NCBI GenBank assembly: GCA_038087875.1
Contig: CM075995.1
Span: 4,714,001-4,778,000 of the forward strand
Reading direction: 5' to 3'
Source of the DNA: Malacoraja senta
Lineage: Eukaryota
Length of the DNA stretch: 64,000 bases
The translations under genes were made by a program, and so were the position numbers. The notes under the pieces were generated by a model. The model had not been told where the DNA came from and did not search any database. It worked only from the letters and a program-made list of their open reading frames with translations. Below, in pieces: positions 1-13,654 of this stretch; the stretch's first letter is position 1, and each line of letters begins with the position of its first letter.

Positions 1-277
1 TCTATTTGTGTTTCCGTTTCCAGCATCTGCAGTTTTATTTGCACCGTAGCTGTAACAATAAGTTTCTCTTTGCACAGATGAGTGATTGCAGCATCTTATG
101 TTTCTCTGAGTGAAGCGTGGGGGTTTTCGCTGCAACAGAGGGCGTGTTGTATGATCTGGGGGCAGGTCAATCACCGGGAGTGTGCGTCCCGGATTCTCAT
201 CTGCTGCAGGAAGAGGTTTGCCTGCAACCCCTGATCACCTTCCCCGGCAAACAGCAGCCCGAACCAAATATCTGCCC

Positions 278-361
278 ATGGCTGGGTCGTCTTTGAACAC
301 TCTTCGACAGATCGTCCGGGCTTTGACGGGAGGAACCGGCTTCGATCGAATCTTGAATAAG
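278..361 (+). CDS. ACOT13: Acyl-CoA thioesterase 13 (THEM2), coding exon 1
   Basis: ATG at 278 encodes MAGSSLNTLRQIVRALTGGTGFDRILNK and ends at AAG|GTGAAT, a phase-0 donor. GFDR.L.K matches the ACOT13 N-terminus. Confidence 0.9.
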
Positions 362-1209
362 GTGAATTGCTGACGGCCCTGTGCCAGCAGTGAGCATGCA
401 AACATCACCAGCATTTACTCAAGGGCATTGCAAGAAACTCCAATATATACGCCGAATGCCTGCAAAGAAAGCTCGACTTTGCATTTATGCTTTCATACGT
501 TTTTTTTGTAATCAAAATATTGTTCCTAGTTGTCAAGGCAGTTGCTCCGCCTGCTCTAAACTGCTAAGGGGATTTCTGCAAGGTGAGAGATTGGCCTTTC
601 TTCACACCTCACACCTATCATTCTTTTAGCTGGGAATGGACACAAAATGCTGGAGTAACTCAGCGGGACAGGCAGCATCTCTGGAGGGAAGGAATGGGTG
701 ACGTTTCGGGTAGCGACCCTTCTTCAGACTCCTATTCTTTCTATCAGGCTTTTGTTCCAATCATCTGCCTGTCACTAAACCCCCCTCGCCTGTGTCGACA
801 TATTGCCTGCCACGCTTTGTCCTGCCTCCCCTTTTCCAGCTTTCTTCTCCCTCCCCCCCCCCCCCACCATACAATTACTGAAGAAAGGTCACCTATCCAT
901 GTTCTCCAAAGATGCTGTCTGCCCTACTGAGTTACTCCTGCACTTTGTATATTAACCAGCATCTGCAGCTCTTAGTTTCTAGATATTTTACTAAAACGCG
1001 AGCATGGATCCGGTTCTTTTGACGTCCATAATCATCCATTTATTTGATACCATATTTAAAAACATGGTTTCAGTGTTGAAAGCACTAAACATGACAATTT
1101 GTTAGTAGAAAGACACCAAATATATGCTGGAGTAGCTCTGGAGGACATCTTGGTTGGCACGGGTGAGTTGGGCCAAAGAGCCTGTGTCCGTGCTGAATGA
1201 CTCTCTGTA

Positions 1210-1735
1210 ATAGAAACACAGAAAATAGGTGCAGGAGTAGGCCATTTGGCCTTCGAGCCAGCACGCCATTCAATATGATCATGGCTGATCATCCAAAATC
1301 AGTACCCCGTTTCTTCTATCTCCCCATATACCTTGATTACGTTAGCCCTAAGAGCTAAATCTAACCCTCTCTAGAAAACATCCAGTGAATTTGCCTCCTG
1401 TGGTAGTGAATTCTTCAGATTCACAACTCTCTGGGTGAATTGGCCTCGACTGCCATCTGTGGTAGAGAATTCCACAGATTCACAACTCTCTGGATAAAAA
1501 AGTTTTTCTTCATCTCAGTCCTAAATGGCCTACCCCTTATTCTTAAACTGTGACTCCCCCAACATCGAGAACATTTTTCCTACATCTAGCCTGTCCAATC
1601 CCTTAAGAATTATATATGTTTTTATAAGATTCCCCCTCATCCTTCTAAATTCCAGTGGATACATGCCGAGTCGATACATTCTTTCATCATACATCAGTCC
1701 CGTCATCCCAGGAATTACCCTGGTAAACCTACACC
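1210..1735 (-). mobile_element. CR1-type LINE 3' fragment in ACOT13 intron 1
   Basis: Matches the CR1 3' UTR and ORF2 end, with a short internal duplication near 1385-1495. Confidence 0.85.
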
Positions 1736-2263
1736 CCCTTGTGTTTCAACAGTATCCAAAGCCTTTCTCTCCAAGCTGATAAAACTGGAACCATCCTCCA
1801 AGTAATATATTAACAGCTGCAAAACGTCAGGCTGAGTCTCCCACAAGCAGCCAGAGCAGGTAGTTCTTATCCTGAGGATGATCTTAGTATCTCTTAACCA
1901 GTCAGTCACCAAGATTGGAATTTCCTCTGATTTGAATGTTGCATTTTTATTTTCTTGTATTTCATCCCACTTCCCACTTCACTGTCAACCATTCAGAGAC
2001 TCATTACTCACGGATTAATTTCTCGAACACACTCCTTAACAGCCACCAATTACTATCTCAAAAATTTCAGAAATCTCAGTCCAATCCTTAAGACCATCCC
2101 GCATTTGAAAAGCCACAAGTGCTTTTAAAAAAAAAACATCTTTCGTACTAAAATCTCCTTTTTAACAACACTTTCTATTCTAAGAACAGCACTCACATTA
2201 TTTAGTATAGCACGGTATATTTTAAAAGTCAGTGTAATGAAATTGCAATTTTCCTTTTTCTAG

Positions 2264-2448
2264 ATGGCTGTTGTTTCAGCCGGTCCGGGGAAAATCGTCT
2301 GTGAAATGAGAGTGGAAGAGGAACATGTGAATCGTGCAGGCAACCTGCATGGTGGACTGACAGCTACTCTAATTGATGTGGTATCAACGACGGCTTTACT
2401 TAACACGGAACGGGCATTACCGGGAGTTAGTGTAGACATGAATATAAC
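2264..2448 (+). CDS. ACOT13: ACOT13 coding exon 2 (hot-dog fold active site)
   Basis: Acceptor TTTTTCTAG. Encodes MAVVSAGPGKIVCEMRVEEEHVNRAGNLHGGLTATLIDVVST...GVSVDMNI, containing the HGG motif. Donor AC|GTAAGT; 185 nt. Confidence 0.97.
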
Positions 2449-2537
2449 GTAAGTTCAAGTTTTAGTATCTTGGAAAACATAACCATACTGTGCTTGATTC
2501 TGCACGAACAGAACAGAAAAATAGATGCACAATTAGG

Positions 2538-2850
2538 TTCGGAGTGGCACAGCGGTAGAGTTGCTGCCTTGCAGCGCCAGAGACCCGGGTTCGATCCTGA
2601 CTACGGGTGCTGTTTGTATGGAGTTTGTACGTTCTCCCCTGTGACCGTGTGGGTTTTCTCCAGGTGCTCCAGTTTCCTCCCACGCTCCAAAGATGTACAT
2701 GTTTGTAAGTTAATTGGCTTCTGTGATATGTAAATTGTCCCTAGGGTGTAGGATAGTGCTAGTTTACGGGATGATCACTGGTCGGCATGGACTCGGTGGG
2801 CTGTAGGGCCTATTTCCATGCTGTATCTTTCTAAAGTAAAGTCTAAACTA
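2538..2850 (+). mobile_element. tRNA-derived SINE (HE1/V-SINE-like)
   Basis: Box A TGGCACAGCGG, box B GGTTCGATCC, V-domain-like GTGTGGGTTTTCTCCAGGTGCTCCAGTTTCCTCCCA, and a CR1-like 3' end with a (CTAAA) tail. Confidence 0.88.
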
Positions 2851-3344
2851 AATTCACTGCAAATGATTTTTTAGCATCCACATATATATTGTTTTCAAGT
2901 CCAAGACGTGGTTGCGAACTCTGTTCATTTACGGCGTATTTATCAGTGGCACAGAAGAGAGCATTCTGGCCTTATTTGCCAGTGTTAGCTTCTTGAAAGA
3001 TATATCAAATTAGTCACAATACTAATGTGGAAAAGTGCCAGTGCCTGAAGAAGCATCCAGACCCAAAATGTCACCTATCCATGTTCTCCAGGGATGCTGC
3101 CTGACCCCCTGGGTTACTCCAGCATTTTGTGTTCCCTTGTTAAATCAGCATCTGCAGTTCCTTGTTTCTACATGTCTCAAATGTTGTCCTCCGAATAGTG
3201 CTCTGGTCTGTTTTGCAGCAAGCAGTTCCTTGGTGCAACATTGAATGTGTCAGGCCAGACTGTGTGCTCATATCTCAGGTCTCAGTTTTGAAAAGAACCT
3301 ACCACATTTCAAGAGGAAACAGGAGGAACTGAATCTGAAGTGTG

Positions 3345-3642
3345 AAAACGCACACCTCCAGATTCAGGGACAGTTTCTTCCCAGCTGTTATCAGCTGACT
3401 GAATCATCCCACCACAACCCGAGAGCTGGGCTGAACTACTATCTACCTCATTGGTGACCCTCGGACTATCCTTGATCGGACTTTACTGGCTTAACCTTGC
3501 ACTAAACGTTATTCCCTTATCATGTATCTACATACTGTAAATGGCTCATGTAATCATGTATTGTCTCTCTGATGGCTGGAGAGCAAGCAACAAAAAGCTT
3601 TCACTGTACCTCGATATATTTGACAATAAACTAAACTGAACA
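3345..3642 (+). mobile_element. LINE-derived 3' tail repeat (Rex1/Babar-like, tentative)
   Basis: CCAGATTCAGGGACAGTTTCTTCCCAG...GACAATAAACTAAACTGAAC. Related copies near 11512-11795, 14035-14290, 38390-38485 and 63715-63850. Confidence 0.55.
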
Positions 3643-4727
3643 GATGTTGAAATCTTGAGCAAAACACTTTTCAAGTTAGGCATGAGTATGACCAACTAAG
3701 CCATGAGCTGACAATCATTGTTAACCTGGCATATATTTATCTTCCAAGTCAATACTATGTGGAGATTGGCTACTTCCATATTGTTCAAGAACAACAGGTA
3801 TATTATCAACCAAAGTTCAATCCCTGGAGTAACCTTGCTGAAAATACAAATGAGTAAGACCATAAGAACTGTGTAGGAAAGAACTGCAAATGCTGGTATA
3901 ATGGCAGTTTTTACAATGTTCTCAAAGTCCAACCGATAGCCATTAATTATCAGAGATGATTTGGAGGTATAGCCTAACGCACTCACGACACACATAAGAC
4001 AGCAAAGATGAATCTTCCATACGTCGTTTCTTGATTAATTGCTTTTTTTATTGAAGTAATACAAAAAGAAATAACTCATAACTTTCCGTTCTTAATCGCT
4101 GTTCCATTCACATCATATAAATCACATAAAAGCTTCTTCTTATAAAGGTATGTTGTCTCGTAACGTGTGTGCCTTGATCATGGTAGAAAACTGTTTCCCC
4201 TCATTCTCCAACACCAAACTGAAACTTCTAATTTGAGAGCCTGCGCCAGACACCTCTAACAAAACAACACAACCCTACTACGTATCAAATCCCACCTACA
4301 AAAGTACAGGCAGATAAAAACTAAAACTAAAAATATCAGACATGATAATAATACTGACAAGCTTAATGGCTCCTACAGCTGGTTTAAATCGAAGGTAGAC
4401 ACAAAATGCTGGAGTAACTCAGCAAATCAGGCAGCATCTCTGGAGAGAAGGAATGGGTGACGTTTCGGGTCGAGACTCTTCTTCAGACTGGAACTACAGA
4501 TGCTGGTTCAATATCTCTCCACATCACTGTCTATGTCTCTCGTTTCCCTTTCCCCTGACTAGTCTGAAGAAGGGTCCCGACCCGAAAGGTCACCCATTCC
4601 TTCTCTCCATAGATGATGCCTGACCCGTTGAGTTACTCCAGCATTTTGTGTCTATCTGCAGTTTGTTGATATGCAATTACTTTCTTGACAGCTGCAAATG
4701 TAGTGTGTCACCTATTACTCCTTTCAG

Positions 4728-4884
4728 GTACATGAATGCAGCAAAACTGGGAGAGGACATTATCATAACAGCTCAGGTGTTGAAGGAAGGTAAATCGCTT
4801 GCCTTTACCACTGTGGACGTGACAAGCAAAGTAACAGGGAGACTCTTGGCTCAAGGACGGCACACCAAGCATCTCGGCACTTAA
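4728..4884 (+). CDS. ACOT13: ACOT13 coding exon 3 (last)
   Basis: Acceptor CTTTCAG. Encodes (T)YMNAAKLGEDIIITAQVLKEGKSLAFTTVDVTSKVTGRLLAQGRHTKHLGT*. The spliced CDS is 426 nt, or 141 aa. Confidence 0.97.
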
Positions 4885-4888
4885 CAAA

Positions 4889-5521
4889 GGTTAAGGAGCA
4901 GAATTAGGCCATTCGGCTTATCAAATCTACTCCGCCATTCAATCATGGCTGATCTATCTTTCCCTCTTAACCCCATTCTCCTGTCTTCTCCCCATAACCC
5001 GTGACACCCATACTGATCTAGAATCTATTTTGGGCTTAAAAATACCCATTGACTTGGCTTCCACAGCCTTCAGTGGCAATGAATTGCACAGATTAACCAC
5101 CCTCTGACTAAAGAAATTCCTCCTCAGCTCCTTCCTAAAGGAATGTCCTTTAATTCTGAGGCTGTGCCCTGTGGTCCTAGACCAGGGGTCGGCAACCTTG
5201 TTCTGCATAGGGGCCAGGACGCATGTCTGTGAGCGGATGGTGGGCCAGATCTATCACATGTACACATGGATCCTGCCCCGGATGGCAGACAACAAATCAC
5301 GTGTTCACAGAAGGTGCGCGGCCGCGCGTCGGATGCGGTACAGCCAGAGCTCGGCGCTCGGCGGGCCGGATGATTATGGGGGGGAAATCTGCCTGCGGGC
5401 TGGATGATTTCGGGTTACGGGCCACATTCGGCCCGGGGCCGTTGGTTGCCGACCCCTGTCCTAGACTCTCCCACTAGTGGAAACATCCTCTCCACATCCA
5501 TCCTATCCAGGCCTTTCACTG
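4889..5521 (-). mobile_element. CR1-type LINE 3' fragment immediately after the ACOT13 stop codon
   Basis: Encodes GHSLRIKGHSFRKELRRNFFSQRVVNL on the minus strand. Hosts a MITE. Confidence 0.85.
5183..5458. mobile_element. hAT-family MITE (Charlie-like)
   Basis: 15-bp TIRs CAGGGGTCGGCAACC / GGTTGCCGACCCCTG and a perfect 8-bp TSD TCCTAGAC. Confidence 0.92.
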
Positions 5522-5699
5522 CAACAATGAAACATTGTTTCAATGTAAACTATTTTTGTATGATGGAATTACTGTATTTGTGGAAAATGTAACAAATTAA
5601 AGAATTTTATTTCAAATTTTGTAGATTGTACTTTTAATTCGATTATCAGGAGTCCATCGTTAGTTTGCCTTAAAATTAAAACCTGTACTGCAGACCAAA

Positions 5700-7525
5700 T
5701 TCCTTTACAAAAAAACTGTCAGATGGTTCTCTAGTAATATTTCAGTACACTAAGATGCTTTAAATCAGACAAGGCATTTGAGGAATATTAAGAAAGCAGG
5801 AAAGAACTCAAGGCAGGGATTATGAGGCCAGGAAGGAGCCATGAGATATAATTGGCAAGTCAGATTAAAGAGAATCTCAAGACATTTTATCCATACATTT
5901 AAAATGAGGGTAACGCGGGAAGGCATAGAATTACACAAGGATAAAGGAGGGAATTTAGGGATGAAGTCAGAGGATGTAGGCGAGGTACAAAACGAGTATT
6001 TAGTATCAGGTTTCACAAAGGAGGATATGTAGCATGGTGTGGGGAATACTAATATCCTGGGGAATTTTGAGATCGAGAAGGTGGTGATGTTAGATCTCTT
6101 GAAGAGAATGTATTCATTAGTGACAGCAGAGCTGTGTGCCAGTAGGTCATATCGTGTCAAATTTGATAGAGCTATTTTTTTATGGTGTAAGATTGATGAG
6201 AGTAGGGCAGTGAATGTTATCTATGTGAGTTGGCGTGACGAGGTGGTGCAGCGGTAGAGTTGCAGCCTTACAGCAATTCAGCAATGCAGCGCCAGATACC
6301 CGGGTTTGATCCCGACTATGGGTGCTGTCTGTACAGAGTTTGTAGGTTCTCCCCGTGACCGCATGGGTTTTCTCAGAGATCTTCAGTTTCCTATCAAATT
6401 CCAAAGACGTATTGGTTTGTATGTTAATTGCCTTGGTATAAATGTAAGTTGTCCCTAGTATGTGTAGGATAATGTTAATGTGCGGGGATCACTGGTCGGC
6501 GCAGACTCGGTGGGCCAAAGAGCCTGTTTCCGCGCTGTATCTCTAAAATAAACTAAAATTTGACAAGGTACCTCACGGTAGGTGATCCAGAAGATTAAGA
6601 TGCATAGGATCCATGGTGACTTGGATTAAGAAACAGCCTCTCCATAGAAGGTAATGGGTAGACCTGGTTGGGTGTCATTCTGGCTAGAGATCTGTGATCA
6701 GTGGTGTTCCACAAGGATCAGTGCTGGGATCTGGGTTGTTTGTGATACAAATAAATTACTTGGATGAAAGTGTAGATGGGTTGATTCATAAGTTTGCAGA
6801 TGACACCAACATTGGTGGAGTTGCAGATAGTGAAGAAAGCTATGAGGATACAGCAAGATATAGATCAATTACAGATTTGTAGAGAAATGGCAGATGGAAT
6901 TCAATCCAGCTAAGTGTGAAGTGCTGCACTTTGGGAGGTCAAATATGAGGAAAGAATACACTTAATGATAGAATCCTTAACAGCATTAATGTACAGATGG
7001 ATCTTGGAGTCCAACTCCATAGCTCCCTAATAGAATGATATAGAATGCTTGCCTTCATCGGTAAGGACATTGAGTACATGAGTTAGCTTGTCGTATTGCA
7101 GCTTGATAAAAGTTTGATAGGCCGTATTTCGATATTGTGTGCAGCTGCCCCATTACAGGAAGGATTAGAGTATTAGGTGGAAGAAGGTTTGAAAAACTTG
7201 GATTGATTTCTCTAGAGCCTGAGAGTCTGAGGAGATCTGATCGAAGTTTATAACTATGTGAGGCCGAGATGGGTGGACAGTGAGAATCGTCTTCCCAGGG
7301 TGGAAATGTCAAACACTAGAGGGCATAGTTTTAAGAATGGGGAAGTTGAAAGATGTGCGGGCAAGTTTTTTTTAACACATAGTGGTAGGTGTCTGGAACA
7401 TGTTCTCAGAGCATGTGGAAGCAGGTACAATAGTGTTTAAAAGGCTTTTTAAATAGGCACATTAATAAGCAGGGAATGGAAGGATAGTGATCATGCAAAC
7501 AAAAGGGATTAATTTAATTGGCATC
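5700..7525 (+). mobile_element. Old CR1-type LINE interrupted by a SINE
   Basis: Degenerate RT motifs ([14 protein letters not shown]). A SINE is inserted at about 6230-6557. Confidence 0.8.
6230..6557 (+). mobile_element. tRNA-derived SINE, same family
   Basis: Homologous to 2538-2850. Confidence 0.85.
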
Positions 7526-7526
7526 A

Positions 7527-7785
7527 TAGCAGCACAGTGGTAGAGTTGTTGCCTTACAGCACCAGAGACCTGGGTGTGATCCTGGCTAAAGGTGCCGTCT
7601 GTACGTTCTCCCCCTGATCTGCGTGGGTTTTCTCTGGGATCCTCGCACTCTCCAAAAACCTACAGCTTGGTATAATTGTAAATTGTCCCTAGTGTGCAGG
7701 ATAACGTTAGTGTGCGGGGTTCGCTGCTTGGCACAGATTCAGAGGGCAAAGGGCCCGTTTCCACGCTGTATCTCTAAACTAAACT
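7527..7785 (+). mobile_element. tRNA-derived SINE, same family, internally deleted
   Basis: Homologous to 2538-2850. Confidence 0.8.
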
Positions 7786-8578
7786 GAGACACTGTGGATC
7801 AAATGTCCTTTTCTGCTGATAAACAGTTTCAGGTCTTTAGCGCATTGCAGAAGAACAGCATTCAAGTGGCAGTACAATATTGGATTGGAGCTGCAGTCAG
7901 AGGTGTCATCATTTTGATACATTAAGATCTCATTGTCATTCTGGTGAACATTTAAATAACTTACTCTGTTCAGAGTTCTCTCACCCATCCTTTTGAACAA
8001 CCTGCATTCAATGGTAACGCGGTGATTGCCATTGTGGGATATTTCCAGATGCCATCAGTGGCTACATGCCAAAATTCCTTATTCTTTCGGCTCCCAACCC
8101 ATTTAAAACCATCGTGCTGAATTTCAGAAGTATCTTGAATCTGCATTTAATTGTTAATTGCTTCAATGTAATTTGCTCCATTCCTTGAGTGGGTTCTTTC
8201 CTTAAGTCTACTGATGAACAGTGAATTGTGAGAAGTGAAAGATTAGATCTCGATCTGTAATCTGAAAACCTAACCTTTTATTCCACTGCACCCTTGAAGT
8301 ATGTTGCACAATAAAAATTCACGTAAAACTAATCCCTCAAAGGAAGTATAAACTCATAGGAACTTATCGAGTCAAGGCCGCCCTGTTCCTTGCATAGTTT
8401 TAACAAATGTCATGATTCCACAAACTATTTCATCTTGAGCTGCTAGATTTGCAATTGATTCCTTATTTCTTACTTTTCCTTAATTACCCAATAGTGGCTA
8501 AATTTACTCTTATTTACTGGGATATCAATAGCATGTGGTTACAGAAGACATAGAATTAAACTAATTGAAATATACTTT

Positions 8579-8873
8579 CTGGCGGCACAGCAGTAGAGTT
8601 GCTGCCACTTTCAGCTCCAGAGACCCGGGTTCGATTTGGACTATAGGTGCTGTCTGTACGGAGTTTGTACGTTCTTCCCCATACCTGTGTGGGTTTTCTC
8701 CAGGATCTCTGGTTTCCTCCCAAAATTCCAAAGACATACAGGTTTGTAGGTTAATTGGCTTGATATAATTGTAAATGGTCCCCAGTGTGTGTAGTATAGC
8801 GTTAGTGTGCGGGGATCGCTGGTCGGCACGGACTCGGTGGGCCGAAGGGCCCGCTTCTGCACTGTATCTCTAA
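8579..8873 (+). mobile_element. tRNA-derived SINE, same family
   Basis: Homologous to 2538-2850. Confidence 0.85.
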
Positions 8874-9099
8874 AAGAATCCTTAGTGACTGCCATCCACG
8901 CAGACCTGTTTCACTGCTGCCTCCATTCAATCACCTTTGAGATTTTTTTTAGTGGAATTTACCTTCCTGCGAGATGCTTAACACACATTTTGGTGTGGAA
9001 TGACAGGATTTTAAACAATATTTCTAGAGCTGGTTGTGAAATAGTGTACCTACCATAACTACAGTATTTTTCAATGATTAAAAAAAATCACAACTATGA

Positions 9100-10322
9100 T
9101 GTGGATTAAAGATTTATTTTCATTTTCCCAATTCCAACAGGCGAATACAAATTTGCTATTGATTAGCACTGTTCTTAACTGAAGTGGCAGGCATGCATAA
9201 ATAACCCCAGAAAGCTCAGACTTCTTACAGCTCCAAAGAAACGATTTTCTCCACTTTTGATTTTTCTCGGCAGCCTGCCTTGCGTTAATTGCACAAGTTC
9301 AAAATCAAGTCTTACAAATAATGCCCTTAATAACCCAATTGAAACACTCCAGAAGATTTTTTTAAAGCAATTTTAGATGCATTTTCTTGAATGCAAGTAT
9401 GGTATTTCTTCATTATTTTATTAACTTTACACAGTTGTATCAGCAACCAGCATTTTTTTCACATCAAAAACTGACTTTCTACCTTCATTTGTTTTTAGTC
9501 CCAACCTTCCTTTCTAGGTAAATAAGCTATTCAGGAAAGCTTGTTAAACTTCCAGTAACATTGAACTTCAGTGACAATCGTGTAGCCGCTTTGCTACTTT
9601 AAGACTCCAGTTATTTGCAGAATCTACCCATTATTAACCTGCTCAAGTCTCCCCAAAGAATAGAAGAAAAACTCCTTTGTACATTTATAGAGCAAATTAG
9701 GGAATGAGATCCAAAAAGAACATGCCAGCAAACTCAAATGTAGACCATATGGTTATGATAGACTACATTACTCAGATACCAAAATGGTATTTAAAGATTC
9801 CTTCCCCTACTAACTCTTTCCGTTGCTTTTTTTTTTGGAACAGTTTATGCCCAGTAGCAATGCATGTCAGGACCATGTGTTATTCAGCTTTAAAGCCCTT
9901 CATTTGTACATACCCAAGTTGAATCCTTTAATTGATGGAACCTTTATTAAATGCAGAACTCACCCAACATTACATCTTAAAACAATGGAGTGGCAGGTTA
10001 CATAACCAGCGCAAACCAGATTAATATGTACTTTTCAGGTATCTATGCAGAGATAACAATCAAATTTCACCTTTTTTCCATGTGGAGCTGACAAATGCAG
10101 ATCTAAGCAGCCTATTGGTGAATGTGCAGGCAGTAATTTAAAAGAAAATAAAGTTCTGAGATATGCATGACTGGAAAGAAATTTTCAAGTGGAATATGCT
10201 TTGTAACAAACAGACTGTTCTTTTCATGAGTGGATAATCATCTTGAACTCAGGAATAAAGATGAAATACAAGTTCACTGTTGTTGACTCTTTTGGTCTCC
10301 CCTATATTGCTGGCCCTTGCCC
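9100..10322 (-). other. C6orf62: Probable C6orf62 3' UTR
   Basis: AT-rich stretch with no recognisable TE after the stop codon. Minus-strand AATAAA signals near 9417 and 9113. The true end is uncertain. Confidence 0.55.
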
Positions 10323-10448
10323 CTAATCTGGCATGTAGGGACGGAGATGGTCCTCAATGGTTCCAACTCCCCAGTGGGTGAGCTGATCCTGTGGCAGGTA
10401 TAGACAGACGCTGCATAACTTGAAAATTATGGCCTTGGTTTTTGGAGT
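10323..10448 (-). CDS. C6orf62: C6orf62 coding exon 5 (last)
   Basis: Acceptor TTTTGCAG. Encodes [41 protein letters not shown] (TAG). Total protein 230 aa. Confidence 0.95.
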   Translation of the reverse strand, partial: TPKTKAIIFKLCSVCLYLPQDQLTHWGVGTIEDHLRPYMPD

Positions 10449-12452
10449 CTGCAAAATAAAACATGACACCTTCGTAGTTCACCATTATGCCAAAGAAACC
10501 ACAATAAATCTGTAATACAGCTGTGCAATAAATAAAACAAACCTTATTGGTGTATTTAAAATTGAGAGTTCAGAGGTTGTTTTAAGTCCTCAACAGTGGC
10601 ATATTTTCAATGTCACCCATAAATTGTTTATGCAAATTTAGTTTGACAAGGTTTTTTTTTTAAACCTCACAGGGAAGACATTTGAAGATTGTGCTTTTGA
10701 ACTTCCTCAGATCTATTTTGAGGTCAAGGTTATCAACATATCACATTTTTCATATTGGACAAATGATGAGTTTAAAAAAAAAAGAGATATGAAAAATAGC
10801 CACATTTACTGCTCTGGAAGGGAAAAGCAAGGCCTTGGAGGGTGAAGGTATGCCACCTCTGGCCTGCAAATCCTCAGACTTACTCTTATCAGTCATCAGA
10901 AACTAAACTTCAAAACCCCATCCATGGAGAAAAAATAATAATTGGAAGGCTGGAGTACAAGATAAATTTAAACTAGACACTTGAATCAACCCGGTTCAAA
11001 ATCATAACATGGTTACTCGATTACATCGGCAATTTCTTGAGCTTTGATGTTTGGTTTGTCTCCACTAATAAATACACAGAGCACCCACACATTCAAGCGT
11101 TTCCTTCAGAGTTTTAAATAGCATGCAGGCCACAAGCCTCAAATAAAATGTAATAGTAGGTAATAACACTGTTTATGGCAATACTTAGTTGACTTTTAAA
11201 CATGGTTTATAATTTCTAGGTGTATTAAAAATCCCCACATTACACTGAATTCATGTCGTCAAGAATTTAAAATTCCTTCATTTCATTTTTTCCCCCCATC
11301 ACCTTTACACTTCAAGCACATCTTTATATCTTAGTCTAGAAATCTCTCTCGACAATGCTGCATCATTGCGCTGACATTGTCGGTATTTCACGCAGCAATC
11401 TTACTCCTCACTTCTAAAATGAGAAGCCCTTCAACCTATGGCAATTACACCTCAGAAATAAAATCAACAGGGCCTCAGTAATCAAGCTTCAGTATGCTGA
11501 TGACACTTGCACATACTCCAGATTCAGGGACAGTTTCTTCCCAGTTATTAGGCAACTGAACCACCCTACCAACAACGAGAGCAGTCCTGAACTATTATCT
11601 ACCTCATTGGGGACCCTCGAACTTTGATCGGACCTTACTTGCTTTATCTTGCGTTAAATGTTATTCCCTTATCATGTATTTGTACACTGTGAATGGCTCG
11701 ATTGTAATCATGTATTGTCTTTCCGCTGTCTGATTTGCACGCATCAAAAGCTAAAAGTGATAACAAACAATCTAAAAACTAAAACTGAACTGAAATAGCT
11801 TATTTCTCAGTTATCAGCCTTCTGAACGGTCCTTCCATAAACTAGGGTACATAAACTTTGTCTAGTGGAATGGGCATGCTACAATCCTGAGGACTATATT
11901 TTGCACTATCTTCCCCTTTGCTTTATCCAGTGTAGCAGAGTTTCACTTGATTGTATTTATGGATGGTATATCTAATCAGTTTGGATAGCATGCAAAACTA
12001 AGCTTTTCACTGTACCACGGTACACATGACGATAATAAACTTAAATCTAATTTGAGACTAGTGCTAAGATTATTCCCACACACCGAATGTGAAAACTGTA
12101 TCCCCAAAAGTATTTAAAGCATGGATTCTGCAAAATCAAGGGTGATCTCAAACCTTCAACAGCTCAAATCAATCAATGCATTCAAATTGTAATAGTCTTG
12201 AATAGATCTTAAATGTAAATCTAGCAAGAATTGTAAGCAACCATGCAGAGAACCACCAATGAATGACAGTCATTGTATGTAATAGTTCGTAAAATATTAT
12301 TTCAAGAAATTAGAACAAGGCAAAAGAAGAATCACATTCATATCATGGCAATCAAAGCAAATACATCAGGCAATTTTCACATGTTCTTAAAACAAATAGA
12401 AGATGGAACCAAATATCTTTAGGAGAAATAATGTCCTCAGAATTATAATCAC

Positions 12453-12587
12453 CTGCAAGTGCTGACGATTAATGAACAGAAAGATGGACTGGGTAGGGTT
12501 GTTTACGATGAGTCCTGCCTTATCCTTCCGGCTAAGTAAGTGCAGAAACTGTTTCTCATAATCGCCATGATGAAACTCAAACTTGGC
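12453..12587 (-). CDS. C6orf62: C6orf62 coding exon 4
   Basis: Acceptor TGCAG. Encodes [45 protein letters not shown]. Donor GTGATT; 135 nt. Confidence 0.95.
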
Positions 12588-13269
12588 CTGCATACAAAAA
12601 CAAGTACTTGCAAATATTAGAAAACAAGATATGTTGCTTAATTACATGTTCAGAAAGCACTCAGTAAATGTCAGTTTGGATCAGATGTATTTAACCTTTT
12701 AGGTTTATTAGACACTGAGGTTTTATAATTGATTTTAGCATTTTTGCTCAGATTTGACAGAACCCCTACTGCCGGTCCATCCAGCATCCTCACTTCAAAT
12801 GCTCATAGATTCCTGGTACCCAAAATGCCCAGGCTTGGTTCTGAAGTACCACAGACAAACGATAAGGTTGTAATTTATCAAGCTCTACATATAAATAATC
12901 AATTTTATTGGCATGTGGTACCAGCACCTACAAATGAATCCAGCAATGTGTCAATTGTACGAGAAGTAAAAACAAGAAAATAAGACATCTACAAGGAAAA
13001 GTCAAGGTCCATATAACCCATCCAGATATCTCATTATTCTGTTGATAAGAGTGATAATTAAAATTAAATCCATATAGTCATTAAGAACTAATTACAGTAT
13101 TAATCCAATAGTTGAAAATATACCATGTTTGTGCAAAACCCAAGATCAATGCAAATCAAACTAACCAGAGTAGCAAGTCAAAAGCTTGGCAAACTGCAAA
13201 TCAATTGTGATAATGTACATATAAGCATGGGAAAAACATGTTCTATAACAATGAGTGAAGAAATAGTAC

Positions 13270-13395
13270 CTGAACAGGCCTGAAAGGCTCACCATCTGTA
13301 CCCTTCCACTTGGAGAACAGGAGACAGACCACCTTTTCTATATCATTCCGAGGCCAAAGGATAAAGTCCATCTCCTGTGTACAGCCGATTACATC
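13270..13395 (-). CDS. C6orf62: C6orf62 coding exon 3
   Basis: Acceptor TTTTTAG. Encodes [42 protein letters not shown]. Donor GTACTA; 126 nt. Confidence 0.95.
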
Positions 13396-13654
13396 CTAAA
13401 AAGGTCAGAGATTTAGAGAAATTTACATACAGATATTAAACGAATTGCCTATCAGAACTACTAGGATTCTGATCTTGTTAAGTTTGCTAACTTTGATTGT
13501 GGCTCAAGAGTTACATGGTATTAAAGTACAAGGAAAGCAAGACTAAAGCATATGCATTTCTAATGACTGCTTCCAGGGTCTATCACTATCCTTTGAACTA
13601 AACAGCTGAAAGCATCTTGTCTTTCAGTCTAATGTCTCGTCACATTAGACCGTG

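Noticed and set aside
171..260. Possible first exon of TDP2, which is head-to-head with ACOT13 in mammals
   Set aside because: A minus-strand GT donor exists near 174 but there is no recognisable TDP2 peptide, so only synteny supports it.
2538..2620. tRNA gene
   Set aside because: The box A/B sequence is the head of a multi-copy SINE and does not form a complete cloverleaf.
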